Assembly (NCBI GenBank): GCA_030141605.1
Contig: JAQGDQ010000120.1
Coordinates: 124,001 to 188,000 of the forward strand
Direction of reading: 5' to 3'
DNA length: 64,000 bases
Origin: Tubiluchus corallicola
Lineage: Eukaryota; Animalia; Priapulida
Under the pieces are notes generated by a model, which was given only the letters and a program-made list of their open reading frames with translations, did no database searches and was not told the DNA's origin. Shown here in pieces: positions 49,031 through 62,819 of this stretch (position 1 is its first letter; the number at the start of each line of letters is the position of its first letter). The position numbers were made by a program, and so were the translations under genes.

Positions 49031-49382
49031 TGCTCTTCTTTTAGTAGGCGAAGGTGCTGTGAAAATTAAACAACTTATTATAGTTATCGCATATTTTTTA
49101 TCAAGCATGATGACTGTTTGAGCAAGCATTTAAGGCAGGTCATTTTTTGCTTATTTTGTCAAGCTAACTTGGCGATAACATTTCGATATTTTTTATTTTT
49201 AAACGTTTACGCGATGCTTATTCAGCAAGACGTAAGAACATGTCAGCGCACTTGGAGAAAATATAGCAGTTAACGCATTAATCTGTGATATCAGGATTTG
49301 TGGAAACAGAAATTTCATGACTCTTTAGAATGAAAGTCGTGTTTATACTGTTCTAATAATATTATAAATAATCGAAGAAAAC
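49031..49382. promoter_or_regulatory. Bidirectional promoter region between PSMB4 and VIPAS39
   Basis: Divergent start codons (49030 minus, 49383 plus) separated by only 352 bp. Confidence 0.7.
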
Positions 49383-50981
49383 ATGGCTTTGACGCGTGTA
49401 CGTAAGGGATCTCGAGAGAAAGGGATAGAGGACACAGATGAGGCTTACTGGTATACGTCAGAGATAAAATCTACAATTTTTGACGACAAACCCACAATAT
49501 TGGGCGTAAATCGAAATGAAATGGAAATGCTGTCAAAAACCGTTGCAAAACATGTTTTACTGGACAACACAGATGAGGATACAATTAACTGGGACGGAAG
49601 TAGTACTGCCAGCGATTCATCTACCAGCATGTTGTCGACTGATTTGAGGTCTGTTCGTTATAAACCTCAACAAACCAAACAAGGTGATGCAAACACTAGT
49701 CACAGCAAAAATAAGGTGGCATACATCAATAAGGGCGGCAGTGATAGCACATTCGTTACAGTACCAGACAAGTCAAGTGGTGAAAGTTATCGAAACATGA
49801 AAACGAATTTCAGCAGTTCTCCAACAAGTATTGCAGATGAGGTGCAACATCATGCGCTAACTGTGACGGGAATGGCCAAGCTGGAAACAGAGCTTCAGCG
49901 AGTCAAAAGACAATTACTTGCAGCACAAAGAGATCGATGGGAAAAATTATCTGTGAAAGATACCGTCAAACGAATTATAAATAATGACCCATATTCCCTA
50001 GAAATGTACAAGAGTAAAGAAGAAAAACTTGAATTACTAGATAGTGCAATTTCTTTCTGTGATGGCAATGCCATTACAGCGGCAACCTTATACCTCAAAA
50101 ATACGGTGAAATCTCGAATTTTTAATCAGGAGTTAATAATTCGTCCACAAGCCGTTAGTCATTACATCTCATATTTGAAGTCCTACAAACTCTTCGGTGA
50201 ATTGGCAGATGTTCTCGGAATGCTCAGCAGAACAGAGGAAGTAGCTATGTTGCAATTTCAGTTGATTGTAAATACACCTGATGCACAAGATAGAGTTAAA
50301 AACCTAAAAAAGTGTTTGCAAGGACATTTTCTGGCTGATCCAATGTTAGTTGAAAGTGCCACTCTTGTTCAAGATCAAATTGATTTACTGGAAGTGCAGA
50401 TGCCTATTGAACAATATGATTCCCAAGTTGCTGCTGCTGGAAAAGCTCAAATATTTATTGATATACCAAGAAAAGCATCCATAGTTGGGACATCAGCAAT
50501 AACTACATTGTATTACTGTTGTTTATATCACTATAGCCTACAAGAAAATGCACTGCAAAGCCCAAGAGGCATTCAGCTGAAGTTTCGATTAAGTGAAAAA
50601 CAATTTCTGTGGGTTTCTTTGAGTGCTTTGGCTCGCGTCAAGAGATGGGACCACATTGAAAGATTATTCTTGAGCAAAAATTTTTTGGGAAGGACAAAAA
50701 TGAAATCGATTATAGCTTTCAGCAGGATCGTCGACGTATTATCAAAGACAAATACGCCTACTGAGATACTTGATAAATACCTGAGGCTAATAGATAATAC
50801 CGAGGAGAGACTTTCTTTGGCCAAGAAACTAAAGTGTCATGTATGTGTCATTGACACACTAGTGCAATTACGCGATCGTCGGGAGTTGGTGCTGTATTCT
50901 TCCAGTTTGCAAAATGGTACTGATGAAAAACTCCATGCTGAACTTGCCATTAGGAATGAAAAAAACCGGTGGAAAAATTAA
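49383..50981 (+). CDS. VIPAS39: VPS33B-interacting protein / spermatogenesis-defective 39 homolog (VPS16B), single-exon CDS, 532 aa
   Basis: N-terminal D.DEAYW, PYSLEMYKSKEEKLELLDSAI...DGNAITAATLYLKNT, TTLYYCCLYHY, SP..I..KFRLSEKQFLW, KNFLG.TK.KS.I.F, C-terminal RWKN. Confidence 0.9.
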   Translation: MALTRVRKGSREKGIEDTDEAYWYTSEIKSTIFDDKPTILGVNRNEMEMLSKTVAKHVLLDNTDEDTINWDGSSTASDSSTSMLSTDLRSVRYKPQQTKQGDANTSHSKNKVAYINKGGSDSTFVTVPDKSSGESYRNMKTNFSSSPTSIADEVQHHALTVTGMAKLETELQRVKRQLLAAQRDRWEKLSVKDTVKRIINNDPYSLEMYKSKEEKLELLDSAISFCDGNAITAATLYLKNTVKSRIFNQELIIRPQAVSHYISYLKSYKLFGELADVLGMLSRTEEVAMLQFQLIVNTPDAQDRVKNLKKCLQGHFLADPMLVESATLVQDQIDLLEVQMPIEQYDSQVAAAGKAQIFIDIPRKASIVGTSAITTLYYCCLYHYSLQENALQSPRGIQLKFRLSEKQFLWVSLSALARVKRWDHIERLFLSKNFLGRTKMKSIIAFSRIVDVLSKTNTPTEILDKYLRLIDNTEERLSLAKKLKCHVCVIDTLVQLRDRRELVLYSSSLQNGTDEKLHAELAIRNEKNRWKN

Positions 50982-53552
50982 ATGGTACGATGTTTGTTCA
51001 AATGGAATCAACTTCCATGTGTTTAACATTCTGCTGGCCCTGAATACGGCATTAACACACCCATATTATAAATCATCTTTGTAACTAAAACAATGTATAT
51101 GTATATAATTTATGTACATGTATGTATGTGTGTGTGCTTGCGTGCGTATAACGCTTAAAGGGTTGGAAAGTACTAAAAAGTTTACCTCACTAAAATGTAG
51201 TGACTTAAAAATTTCTCTATTCCTGTTGTTTTTTAGCCTTTGCAAAAATGTTTTGATTGAGAATTTAACTGAAGAATAAGAAAACTTGTGCTTTACAGAT
51301 CTGCAGCTGATTCTGAGCTGAAATTTGTAAGATAACGAACAATGCTAAAGTCATTTGAAAATGATAAGTAGGCCATAAAATTAACAAAATGAAATATAAG
51401 AAAATTATAAATTAATTTTACCCATTTTTAATTTATTCTAGAAAGAGGTTAGCCCAGCTGGACACATACAGCATATTTTGTAAATTCTCTCCACTAGAAA
51501 TTAATCTAATTATATTCTAAGCAGCAGTGTTTAAATAAAGGAAAACAATGAAAATGCCAATATGCATTTTCTATAAAAATGCCAAAATGCTTCTGATAAT
51601 TAAATAATAGTTTCAAAACTTGATTAATAGCCAATGATCATAGGAAGCGATGATGTCAGAACTGAATATAATTTTAAATGATGTACATTCCATGAGCACA
51701 CATGCTGTTTTTGTTGCAATGAATGTAACAGGGCAAGTACATGAAATTAAAAATCCCCTTGGAACAATTCTTTCATGTGAATCAGTCTTAAAATACAATT
51801 ATGTTCTCTTTCAGTATTTTATACATTAGATAATTTTCCTTTTAAATTATATTACATTACCTTTAAATGGTAATATAATTGTTCTATAAATATAAATGAA
51901 TTCTTTTGTGTGACAAAAACTTTGCCACAGAAGCCATAATTAGTACATTCAGGCACCAGAACCTTATGTGAAATAAAGAAGCACGTTGGATGCTATTTGG
52001 TTGACAATGCAAAGAGAGTGCCATATTGCATTGTTAAATGTGGCAACATTCTAGTAATAGCAACCAGAGGAAAAATATCATAAAGAAAACTGGGTAACTT
52101 GAAAGAAAAACATTTTTTCATATTTCGTCTTCTTTGCTTGTCAAGTTGTTCAGTATATTAGCTGAGAGATTAGTCTAGACAATTGCTCTTAATAATTCGT
52201 ATTTATTACGTGGGCGAATGGTAATTTCTAAGCTTGTGCTTAATACCTGCATCATTTTTGTTTGCTAAATTGCTACAATAATATCATATGCCAATATGGT
52301 TATGAGCTGGCTGGTTAGATGTATAATTTGTTATGTAAGTATTCACCAGTATTTTTGTAGATCTGTGATAGTATGTGTCTACGATATGATAGCATGTTCA
52401 TTTTTGATATGTGGGTGAACTTGGAAATGTGGCTGTTATTTTTATTTACTGTTTAATCAGTCGTTATCCAAACTTCATTTCATGACTACTGTGCGCCTGT
52501 AACACGTATAAAAATTATGGTATAGGTATTTGGCAGCTACCATATGGATTGATAAGAAGAATATTTGGCTCCCTCGTTTTTGGAATGTCACCTCAATGTT
52601 TGAAGCCTGGCATGATGGAAATGTCCTTGGAAAGCAAGTTAAGTTTTAGGACTGGTAGAGCTTCTGAGGTGCCAAACTAGTTTATTAAACTTCTATAGAG
52701 ATGTATTGTTTTTGGCATTGTGTTTTGGAACTAATCCTGCCCCATTAATACTGAATGGCATTTTCTAGTTGTGTAAAAAAATGCGAGTTTTTTAACTATT
52801 AACAGACATTGTTTTTGTTATTTATTTATGCAACTAAACCAATGACTCTATTGTATTTCAATAATTTGAAACAAATCATATAAATTATATTAAATTTAAC
52901 CTGCTGCATACGAGTTTCATTTGGCTACTATTGGTCTTACAACTTATTGGACTTAAAGGACAAAAAAAGGGGCACCTGAAGTACGTTTCAGAACAATCGC
53001 CATATTACTTTATAGCAATTTTATGCATATATCGTACTCGCGTTGAAAGGAATTTTTGTTTGTTTTCATTTTTTAATCTCCCGCAATACTGTTCCGACGG
53101 TGCCATTACATGACGTCACTATACACAACGTAATTAAGGGAAGAAACGGAAATGTTAAAAAACTTTCCCTGCAAATCTTTATTACTTAGCATTTCGCTTA
53201 CCTGCTGGAAAGACATGTAATTAGAAATAATAACGAAAAATGCTCATGCCAATTGGTAAAATGTCACTGACTCACCTTCCAGGGTGCGCCCGCCACTCAT
53301 TAACCAAAAACGTATTTTTAATTTTATTGACAAGATACAGTAATTTATAATTTTATTTAGTTAGTGATGTGTGCGCTACGAATGCTCTGATTATTTTTTC
53401 AAATTTCGCTCATTGTTATCTAAGTTTGTCCAAATGACCTATCATCAAAATGGTGCACCTAATGGTCATCGCGGGAGTATAAATTTACAAGTTTTATACA
53501 GCGTTACTGCCGACGCAAGCCCTGTGTGCAAAAAGGCAGTATGTAAGTAGTT

Positions 53553-53944
53553 TAAAATTTGGATACGAATTTTTTAAGCTTTATGCAAGTGGAGGGTTTT
53601 CTTGTGCTTTTATTAGGGAATAAGGAATGCAAACGAAGCTGAGTTGTAGCTGGAAACATGCAAAACTATCAGAGAAGTTCCAGAATAAGGCAATCTGCTT
53701 CACACTACATGTGCACATGCTTCATTGTGTTGTTGTGGTAATCATTGTGGTAAAATTTGGATACGAATTTTTTAAGCTTTATGTAAGTGGAGGGTTTTCT
53801 TGTGCTTTTATTAGGGAATAAGGAATGCAAACGAAGCTGAGTTGTAGCTGGAAACATGCAAAACTATCAGAGAAGTTCCAGAATAAGGCAATCTGCTTCA
53901 CACTACATGTGCACATGCTTCATTGTGTTGTTGTGGTAATCATT
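53553..53944. repeat. Near-perfect tandem duplication, period 198 bp
   Basis: TAAAATTTGGATACGAATT...GTGGTAATCATT starts at 53553 and 53751; one substitution noticed (TATGCAAGT vs TATGTAAGT). Confidence 0.95.
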
Positions 53945-56900
53945 AACACCCCAAGCAAATTAATCCTCAAAAAAGCTATCAAGGAGTGACAAAAATTAGG
54001 AAACAACAATTTTTTAAACTTTTTTGTCACCTCATCAATCGTACATATACTAATTTCAGTGACATCTGGATTTATATATAATTATATATAAATGTAACCA
54101 CAACACCTGCAATAGCCATTAACTAAGATCCTAGGCAGGAAGTTTCATGATCAATGGCTCGTGCAATGGCGTCATTTTAACTTCTTTTTCAACACCATTT
54201 TTTTTCAGCTTTTGGCAGGCATCATACATTTTAATTTGCGTTGATTATTTAATTAAATTTCACATTGAAGTCAGTTTAGAATTTAAGTCCTGTATAGAGC
54301 AATGGAGTTTGTTTTATAGATGATGTTACATAATTTGTATCACATAATGCATGTGTTTTGAGGCACGAGACGTTCACCCGGCAACGCGGGCAATGGAGGG
54401 AGCCGGGGCACCACTACTCCGCACCAGGTGCTGGGTGTGCTTAGGGCACCAACACACCTTAATTCGGCCCTGTCCACATATGACTACACATTTGTTAAAA
54501 AGTTCAATATTTGTAATTAGTTCGCGGGAGAGACATTTGCTTGGTTCTAGATTTTATTATTGTTGATTGAAATTGCAAGTGAATTATTGGAATTAGTTTT
54601 TTTGTAAGAAGAAATGCGTAAAGTTTACAGCTATGAGTTGCTTATTATAACCCTTAGCTATTAAAGGAAAACCGGACTCAATCTTAAACTATACCTCAAT
54701 CTGTCCAGCAAAATATTGAAAAGGAATATACATTGTTTTCAAAAATGACTTACATGTTAGAATTAATACCACAATTTCGCGTTTGCGTGGCTAGTAAATA
54801 TATTAATTTTATATTATATAATATGACCTTCCAGAAAAAAATCATAACATCTGTTGCTTGTTACGAATTTTGACAACAGGTGTCAGGACTGTGTAGTTTC
54901 GCTACTCTAGTGCATTTATCTATAGTCGAATAATTTCCCATCCGGTCTGATTCAAGTACGCATGCAATGCATGCGCTTCGCAACTCTCAGCTACAGACTC
55001 TGCGGCTCTTGTCAGCTCTTGTTCTGTCATAATTGTTTTCTCTTTTGCTTTTCGCCTTTGTTTTCATTTACGCTGTCTGTTCTCCTTTTGTGCTGATGTT
55101 TTTACTTTGCCAACTTGATCAGGGGTTTAAATCACTTTGTAGCCCTAATTAAATTTTGTTGCAGTTGTAACCTGCTCTTTCACGTAAAAAATAAGAAATC
55201 ATCAGTAAGGCTGATTTTAATGATTATAGTCTACATCCCTTCGTTTTATTATGCTTTACAGAATCTCAATTTGGAATACTATTCCTTCATTTTAAACAAA
55301 TTGTGAAGTGATTTTTGCCAAAATCTTTTTTCCATTAGGTCTGTATATACGTATACATATATAGACAGCACACAAGCGATACAAAATTTTGAACCAATTT
55401 TAAAGCCTTATTTAAAAAAATGCCGATTGCTGGCCACCAGTGCCTGTAAAATAGCTATGATAGCTAAAATAGTAAATTAATTCTTAATGACAAGAATAGT
55501 GAAAATGAATGTAAGATTCCACAATTAAAAAAACAAGAAAAAAGAAAAGGCACAGTTTTTCAAACTACTACTATAGCTTTTCTTAAGGCGAACAAAAAAT
55601 TACTACGAATTACTAGAACTATTACTAACACATTATTCTTTTTATGTAATATTTATATAACAAAAAAAATCTGAAAAAATAGTACAGTAAAAAATCAAAG
55701 AAATTCTCTTTTTCCGTCTTTTTTGTTCTGATAAAGAACTACAATGGTACAGTCGTTTGAAACGTTGTGCCTTTTCTTTCTTCTTTTCTTGTTTTAATTG
55801 TGTTGTTTTTATTCATTAACTGTTACTGATCTTTTGGTTTCTACTTTATATGTATTGAGCACATATGCACCCTAAACGTTTTATTTGTCACAGGTTTTTA
55901 ATAGCCGCGTTTTTCATGCACAAGCTGTAATAATGTATCTGCAGTCATTTCTGTATCGAAATTTTCTACACTAGAATAGTTTATTACCGTTCTTCATAGC
56001 CTGATTACAATAGACGCACACAAATATTGCGGTTCATCGATATTTCTCTAAACCTATAAAATGCCAGCTAACTCGCGCAAATAACGAGCCGAAATAATGA
56101 ATTGAAACTGTAATCGCTTTTTATAATCCTGAAAAGCGTCTACTGCTGTTTTCAGGTAAATATTATCAGAGAAAAGCGAGATTGATTAATATTTGCACAG
56201 TTGAATTCAGCCGCTAGCTGCTGAGATTGATGCCAATGGGAAGAGGAGGCTGAAGATGTTCTTGCATTCAAAAGCGTTTGAAATGCATACGTGTATATGA
56301 GACGTTGAGAAGTACGGAAAAGGGGGTACAAATCGAATGGTTAAAGTCATTGTCAAGTAATTACCAGTCCTAAATTGGCCTTCAATTCTCGATAACCGCG
56401 TATTCCTTGGGATTAAACCTCGTCAATAACAAGATCGAATATTGCAGAATCACTTCATAATTTTATGCACCGTAAAAAAATTAGAACATGTCAAAAGTTC
56501 TTCATCGTTACTCACTGGACTGTTTTTACAAAATTAAAAAATGTTCTTCGGTTTTTTCGCTGATTACTGCTCAATGACAAAAACACCGTGTAAAGATGCA
56601 AGCAAGAGTATAGTTGCTGTAATGCCCATAATTGTAGCCACATTTTATGCTTACAGTAAATAAAACAAACATGTATACTTCGTAAAAATTTGCTAGCTAG
56701 TGAATAAAACTAAAGGTGCACTGTGTGCAATGATGATTTCAGGAAGTGGTGTCACACATGTCTGCTTCGTAAAAGTTCATTTACGAACAGTGTGCCCACG
56801 GCGATGCGAAGTCAATTAGTGCTTCCTGGCCTGCTGAGTTCAGTACTAGCTCTGGGATGTTTCATAGGCCATGATACGGATTTTGTCGTTTGATTTACTC

Positions 56901-58943
56901 TTTGACTGAGAATGTATCCTGGGTAAGGAGTGAAGATTCAAAGACAGGATAGGCAGTGCGCTTGCAGCGTGACGACTTGTGTAAAAAACGTTTTACTCTT
57001 TTTAATATCAAATCCACGGCATTAATGCGTTTGCAGTAAGCCTTTCTGGAAATTTAAACTTGATTTCGACAATTCTTTTTTCAGAACTATTGTAGAACTA
57101 GGAGAGTAAATTTGACATGACAGTCAATTAATACAGCAACACTGTTCTCTAACCCCTTGTTATTACGCTACATAGCACCAGAATTCTGGTTCACCAAAAG
57201 TTTTTCTGCTAAAATTGGTTTGATATCCGTCATTCACTTTGAGATATTCAATGATTGAACACTGACAGCTAACAATCAATTCACCCTAGTGACAAAATGC
57301 GATTGTCTCGTTTTTATTACGATTTTGATAAAGTTGGTTTTTGTCCTTTACCATTTTTCTTCCATTTCAAATGCCCGCTGCGAAACATGAAAGTAATGTA
57401 CATTTTTATGTTATAACTGATGCAAAATTAAACTGGCGATTTTTCTTATGGAGCAGTGAGTAGGCCTACGCGTCCCTTACTTTTGCGTATCAGTTTTTAT
57501 CTTCTAACACTAACAATCAGAAGTCGTGAATGTGTCATATTCAGCAAGCACTTGTCTTTCAGTTCTTGTCCGACCCACTGTGATTAAAATATTTTTTAAT
57601 TTATTATCGGTCGGAATTTCCGATTCTGTTCGAAGTATTTCAACGTAATTCAGAGAACTTAGCTTCTGTTTTTTGTTTAAACTCGTGTGCCTACCAGAAG
57701 TCGAAAACAGTTGCGGTAAAATTTTTACAGTATTTTGTTATCGATTTTTAGTGGAAGCATTAGCGATTTTAGACGCATGAGTGACGGCGACTTCAGCCTT
57801 GTTCAGGTCCTTCAGGAGTAGAACTGGGCTGTACATTTAGACATGAACCTGTTCCAGATCACACTTTTGACGATCACTGTCCGCATCTTCCACGGTGAGC
57901 AAACTTTTCCTTGAATAGGCGAATACAATATGACAGCACGTTTCGGGAATAGTAAGTTGTTGAAAAGTGACGGTATCGATTTTATGTTTTGTACCATTAT
58001 CATCACTAAAATTAAAAAATTAGATTTTCTAGACTAGCTTTCAACATTTTTACAAGGTTGCTCAAACTGTTTAGCCTGATTTTGTGAAAAAGTGTGCCAG
58101 GCTCTTCGATTTTTTATTTATACAGTACTTTTTCGAAAAAGTCAGTATTTTTAAAAATCTGTTTTTTTGTTCCTTCTAATTAGTTTCCATAAAGAGTCAA
58201 TTACAATTATTAAAACCATACATACTTATATTATAGACTTGAAGTCACTCGATTGTGTGCGCTGTATTTTTACAACGCAATTGGCAGGTCTAATATGTGT
58301 GATAATACAAGAAATATAACCTTATACCGAAACGTTTAAGAATAACACCGTTTAATCGCCGTCCAGCACTTGTTGATTTTCACTATTTTTTGCTCATTAG
58401 CTTGTTCAGAGTAATATTCCGCAATTTAAATTTATTTATAGGATTTATTTTCGTTATAATTCTATTAGATGCTGTACTGGTCGCAAGCATCAAACTGGCT
58501 GAAATACTGAGCCCTGCAAAGGTTACAGTATTTTCCAGTGACAACTGACAAGGCCCTCAGCTTGTAGTTGGCTGAAAACCACATCCGTACATCGGACAAT
58601 TAATTTTAATCTCATCTTTAAAAAACCTCTAAGTCTGATTGATGGTTGACGACCCGCGAAGCTGTTTGACGTTGAGGCAAATTTATCAGCGTTAATGTAC
58701 ATTAAGAAAATGCGCATGCGCTATTTTTATCGAGAAAGAGGAATTATAAGTCGCGCTAGCAAATAAGATAATGGACATTATATGAATTTCCTTGCTATCA
58801 CTTTCTACAACTCCTACATTTGCTTGTAACGAACATTTACGCTAGTTTATTAGTGATTCTTGGCCGTTCGTAATCACGAGCCATTTTATCAGTGTAAAAC
58901 GCCTCGCTCTGTTTTAGGGGCAACTACAAACAAACAGCCCGGG

Positions 58944-59050
58944 TAGGGTTGCCAGACGTCCCTTATATACGGGGAATGTCCCATGTTTGTTAAGTTTTTC
59001 CCTTTCCCATACTGACCTTTCAAAGGCACTCAAATGTCTCATATTTAGTT
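58944..59050. mobile_element. Left end of a hAT-like element (partner end not found)
   Basis: TAGGGTTGCCAGACGTCCC followed by repeated TGTCCC/TGTCTC subterminal motifs. Confidence 0.4.
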
Positions 59051-62000
59051 GATTTTCAAATTTCGTAATCAAAAAATATTTTTGCTACATTCTTACGGTT
59101 CCTAGTTGTAACTTTATAAATAATTATACTTTCTTTTCTAGGATTCTGTTGATGAAAATAACCCAAATGTAACGAGGAAGCCAGTGTTGCTAGAAGTTTA
59201 AACAAAAAGACTTGTTTACACAAGTTTTTCAGTTTTGTTTCTTTTCATGTTCTCCATATGAAACAAAATTTTTAGTTTATTTTCTGTGTTGTTTGTATTA
59301 AACAATAATTTTCAAAGTTGGTTTCATTTACATTTTTATATTGTCTCTATTGAATAAGAATTTTGCAATGATTTTACTTTTACAGATTTTTTTAGCTTGT
59401 ATTAAGGGGGAAGAACAAGTCACTCAGTTTGTTAGGTTTATTTTACTGTTATCACTTAAACTTAGAAAAATATAACAAAGAAAGTTGCAAAAAAATGTGT
59501 ATAATGCAAAAATTTAAAATATACTACCTCTGAATAGAAATTTTTATGGCTTTTCGTAAGAGCGAGCTGCTTAAACTAATTCAAACGTCTGCAGCTTACC
59601 TAAGGTTCACAGTGAAAATGGAAGCGCCCAACCATGAAATGATCGCGACTTTAAAGTATTTAACTAGTGGATACCCCGATGACGTCGTTTAACGGTCGTT
59701 AGCTCCTTCAGTAACAGACTAACTTGCTTTGTATAAAATTCGCTAAATTATATGATATAATTTTAATACCGAAAAGTCCAAATGCATTCTGTTTACCAAA
59801 GGTGGTAATGCTGAACGTCCGTCAGATGTTTTACTAAATGGCAAAATTCTATGTTTCTATTATGTATGTATATCTATTATATATGTATATACATTCACTT
59901 CCCCTCTATTCATATTATATATAAAATATACATACATAAAATAATCTAACAATCCATTGGTAATCGGACATTAGCAATTAACAAAAGTTTTCAAACAACA
60001 GCAAAATTGCCAAATAGATATCATCGTCTTACTTAATTACTATGCACGATGCAGCAGCCTAGAAAAAATGCAAATGTTGTTTGTGAACACCTGTAGAGTT
60101 CTGTATCTTTCATTGTCTTTGGATGTTTTAATGCTGAACTTGAATGTTTAACGACTGTCCTGTTATGAGCAACTTTCCTAATCCGATGCGTTATACTGGT
60201 TAAATACTGGGTCAGGATCGCAAATCAAACTCTGTGTGATTCTTAGAAAAAAATCGTTTTATTCCAGTCACGTCGAAAAAGGAAAGTGTATGGTGCAGGG
60301 ACGAAAAAAAAACGTGCACAATTTATAACTTCACCCACGAAACAAAAGCAATTGCTACGCCACTGATATAAAACAATTGAACATTTGTCCTTTTTCCTTT
60401 TTACTATATGCTATATATATATAGGTGTATGCATATATAGAAATTCTACCACCAAATGGGTCTGTGCGCCCAACTGAAAGTCCAAATAATCTGCTCGATG
60501 GGATCCTAAGGTTTGAACTACTGCCCCTGACCATGTTCAGTTTAGAGGCGAGTGCAAACGCATTAGGTCAATAATTAGAAGATGCCGTGTGTAAGCCAAT
60601 AGACTAACAAACACAATTAAGTTCCTTGTATGCTCACATTCTGCTTCTATTCAGCATAATCGAAAAGCACACATTCTGTGGTCTCATTAATGTGACGTTT
60701 ACTATTAATATATCATTTCATTTCTTAACAGGCACGTCTGCATGACTAATTAGATCAATCTACAAAGGACGCAGAAAATAATTCCTTAATTATTTTCTTT
60801 TTAATTAAGCGAAGCTGGCGTTGATTATATGCTAGCATCTGAGCGAACGAATGTGTGTTTATTGGGAATAGCATATTAGGGTTTAGGTCATAACCAAATG
60901 TGAAGGTTTGGCCGGCTGTAAAATAGTTTCCAGGATTCTTTTTCGTTCTTTTATTTCTTTTATCACTTTGTGATTTCCTTTATTTTTTACATGGCATCTT
61001 CTTAACGAAGCAAAGAAGAATTGAACTAAATTGAACAGGCAGGTGTTTACTTACTCAATAAACTCCTAGTTACGATAGTGCATATAACTTGGCTTTAGTG
61101 TAGATTACGAAACACTACCTTATCTTTCTACATTTGCTAAATTATTCTGAAAATTGAACGAACAAGTTTTCTCTGATGCATGATGATATCCTGCCTTACT
61201 TACTGTGCAAGAGACCAGTCCTATTATTCGAGATGTTGATCAATGTGTGGTGGTCGGAGTGCCGTGACGTGCAGAACTTCAAAACGCGAGACGCGCCGAT
61301 TTGAACTGTTATAGTTTATTATTTTAATCTCTTTATACAGACACATCTTTATAATACGATCATATTCACTTACAGGTAAGATGCACATGCATATATAGAT
61401 TATAATAAGCACAAATATTAGTAATATTATACGCTGAACTACAGTGAATATTGAGTCATTTCGTAGAACAAATCAACCTTCCAAACTACTGCTCGTACCA
61501 CTTCTTACTGTACTTGTGTCATTGTCGCCAAGAAACGAATCACGTCAAGCCTTGCAGCACTCATTTTTTACTAAGGTGTATGTCATTTTACAAGGTAACT
61601 TTTGCGCTATGGTTTCCATTACACCGAGACACTTCTAGAAGCATTCTGTTATTTCAAGTTCGCCTTGCACGTATTGCACATTGTTTGGCTTCTACTGCTA
61701 AGAACTTTGTAGAACAGCGGAGTTTAGTAGTATACACAATTACAGCGGCATTTACACGAAAAAAGTTTTTACATCCTAAAGTTAACAAATTCGAACATGT
61801 ATACAACTTATAACTCACGCTCTGTCAAAAGCTTTTCTAATAGTATAGGTTTTACTGTTTAATAGCACGTAATTGCGTGCAAAAATACATATTAACCTCA
61901 ATTTATAATGCGTCACAAAGAATTATAATACATAATTACATATGGGAAAGTTTGAGCTTTCACATTGAGAGTAACTTAAGGCTTTGTATGAATGAATGAA

Positions 62001-62819
62001 TGCATTTCGATAATAAAAATTAAATTTATAATGCGTAATTAGTGTACGTACATTCATTTTCGTTGTGTTGAATACTTAATCGTGCATGGAGAAGACACAC
62101 ATAGCAAAATAGATCAGAAAGGCAGCGTGTGTTTAACACATATAGTTGCGCAGTCAATGTAACAGAAGCCGCGTTCAGTTTTCTCACTCTTTACGTGTTT
62201 TCAGTCCTTTGCGTGCAATAATTGAAGAATTTATATCGGGAAAATTATGTTTGAAGGCAAAAGTAAATTTGAGTTGATCGCATAATTTCGTATTTTTGAA
62301 ATGCTACTTTTGATTCCACTTGTATAAACGTGATAATTTAACAATGAATATAACTTTGCGCATGCAAGAGAAATGTATTAAACGTATTAAACGTAAAGCA
62401 TTTTCAACCGATGAATGAAATAAAGGCACTTGGAAAATATTCGAGTAATAATCTTCTTGAATTTATCATCGGCGCATGTAAATTGGATATTACGGTCCAT
62501 TATTAAACGCCGTAGATTCTTTGCAGATTGAGTGATATTATCTATTATATTCCATTGTATAATGCGCAACATTTACCACAGTGAAACTACTGTGATCAGA
62601 GCAAACTGAGCGGTAATCAGAAAAGACATGTTTGGGAAGGCTAACGGATTTCCATATTTAGTATAAATTGTTTATATTTATAACGGTGTGCACATAACAA
62701 TCATAAATGATGCCTCAATTAATTGTGACAGCTGCCTTAGTCCTTTGAGACAGCCCTCAGGTAGTATTTTCTACATGGCGCGGGCACATTTGTCTGCTTG
62801 GCCAAGAAGAATCTTAACT

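Noticed and set aside
60480-60575. tRNA-like A/B box sequences here and near 32865-32960
   Set aside because: Cannot be folded into a cloverleaf by eye; at most decayed tRNA-derived SINE heads.
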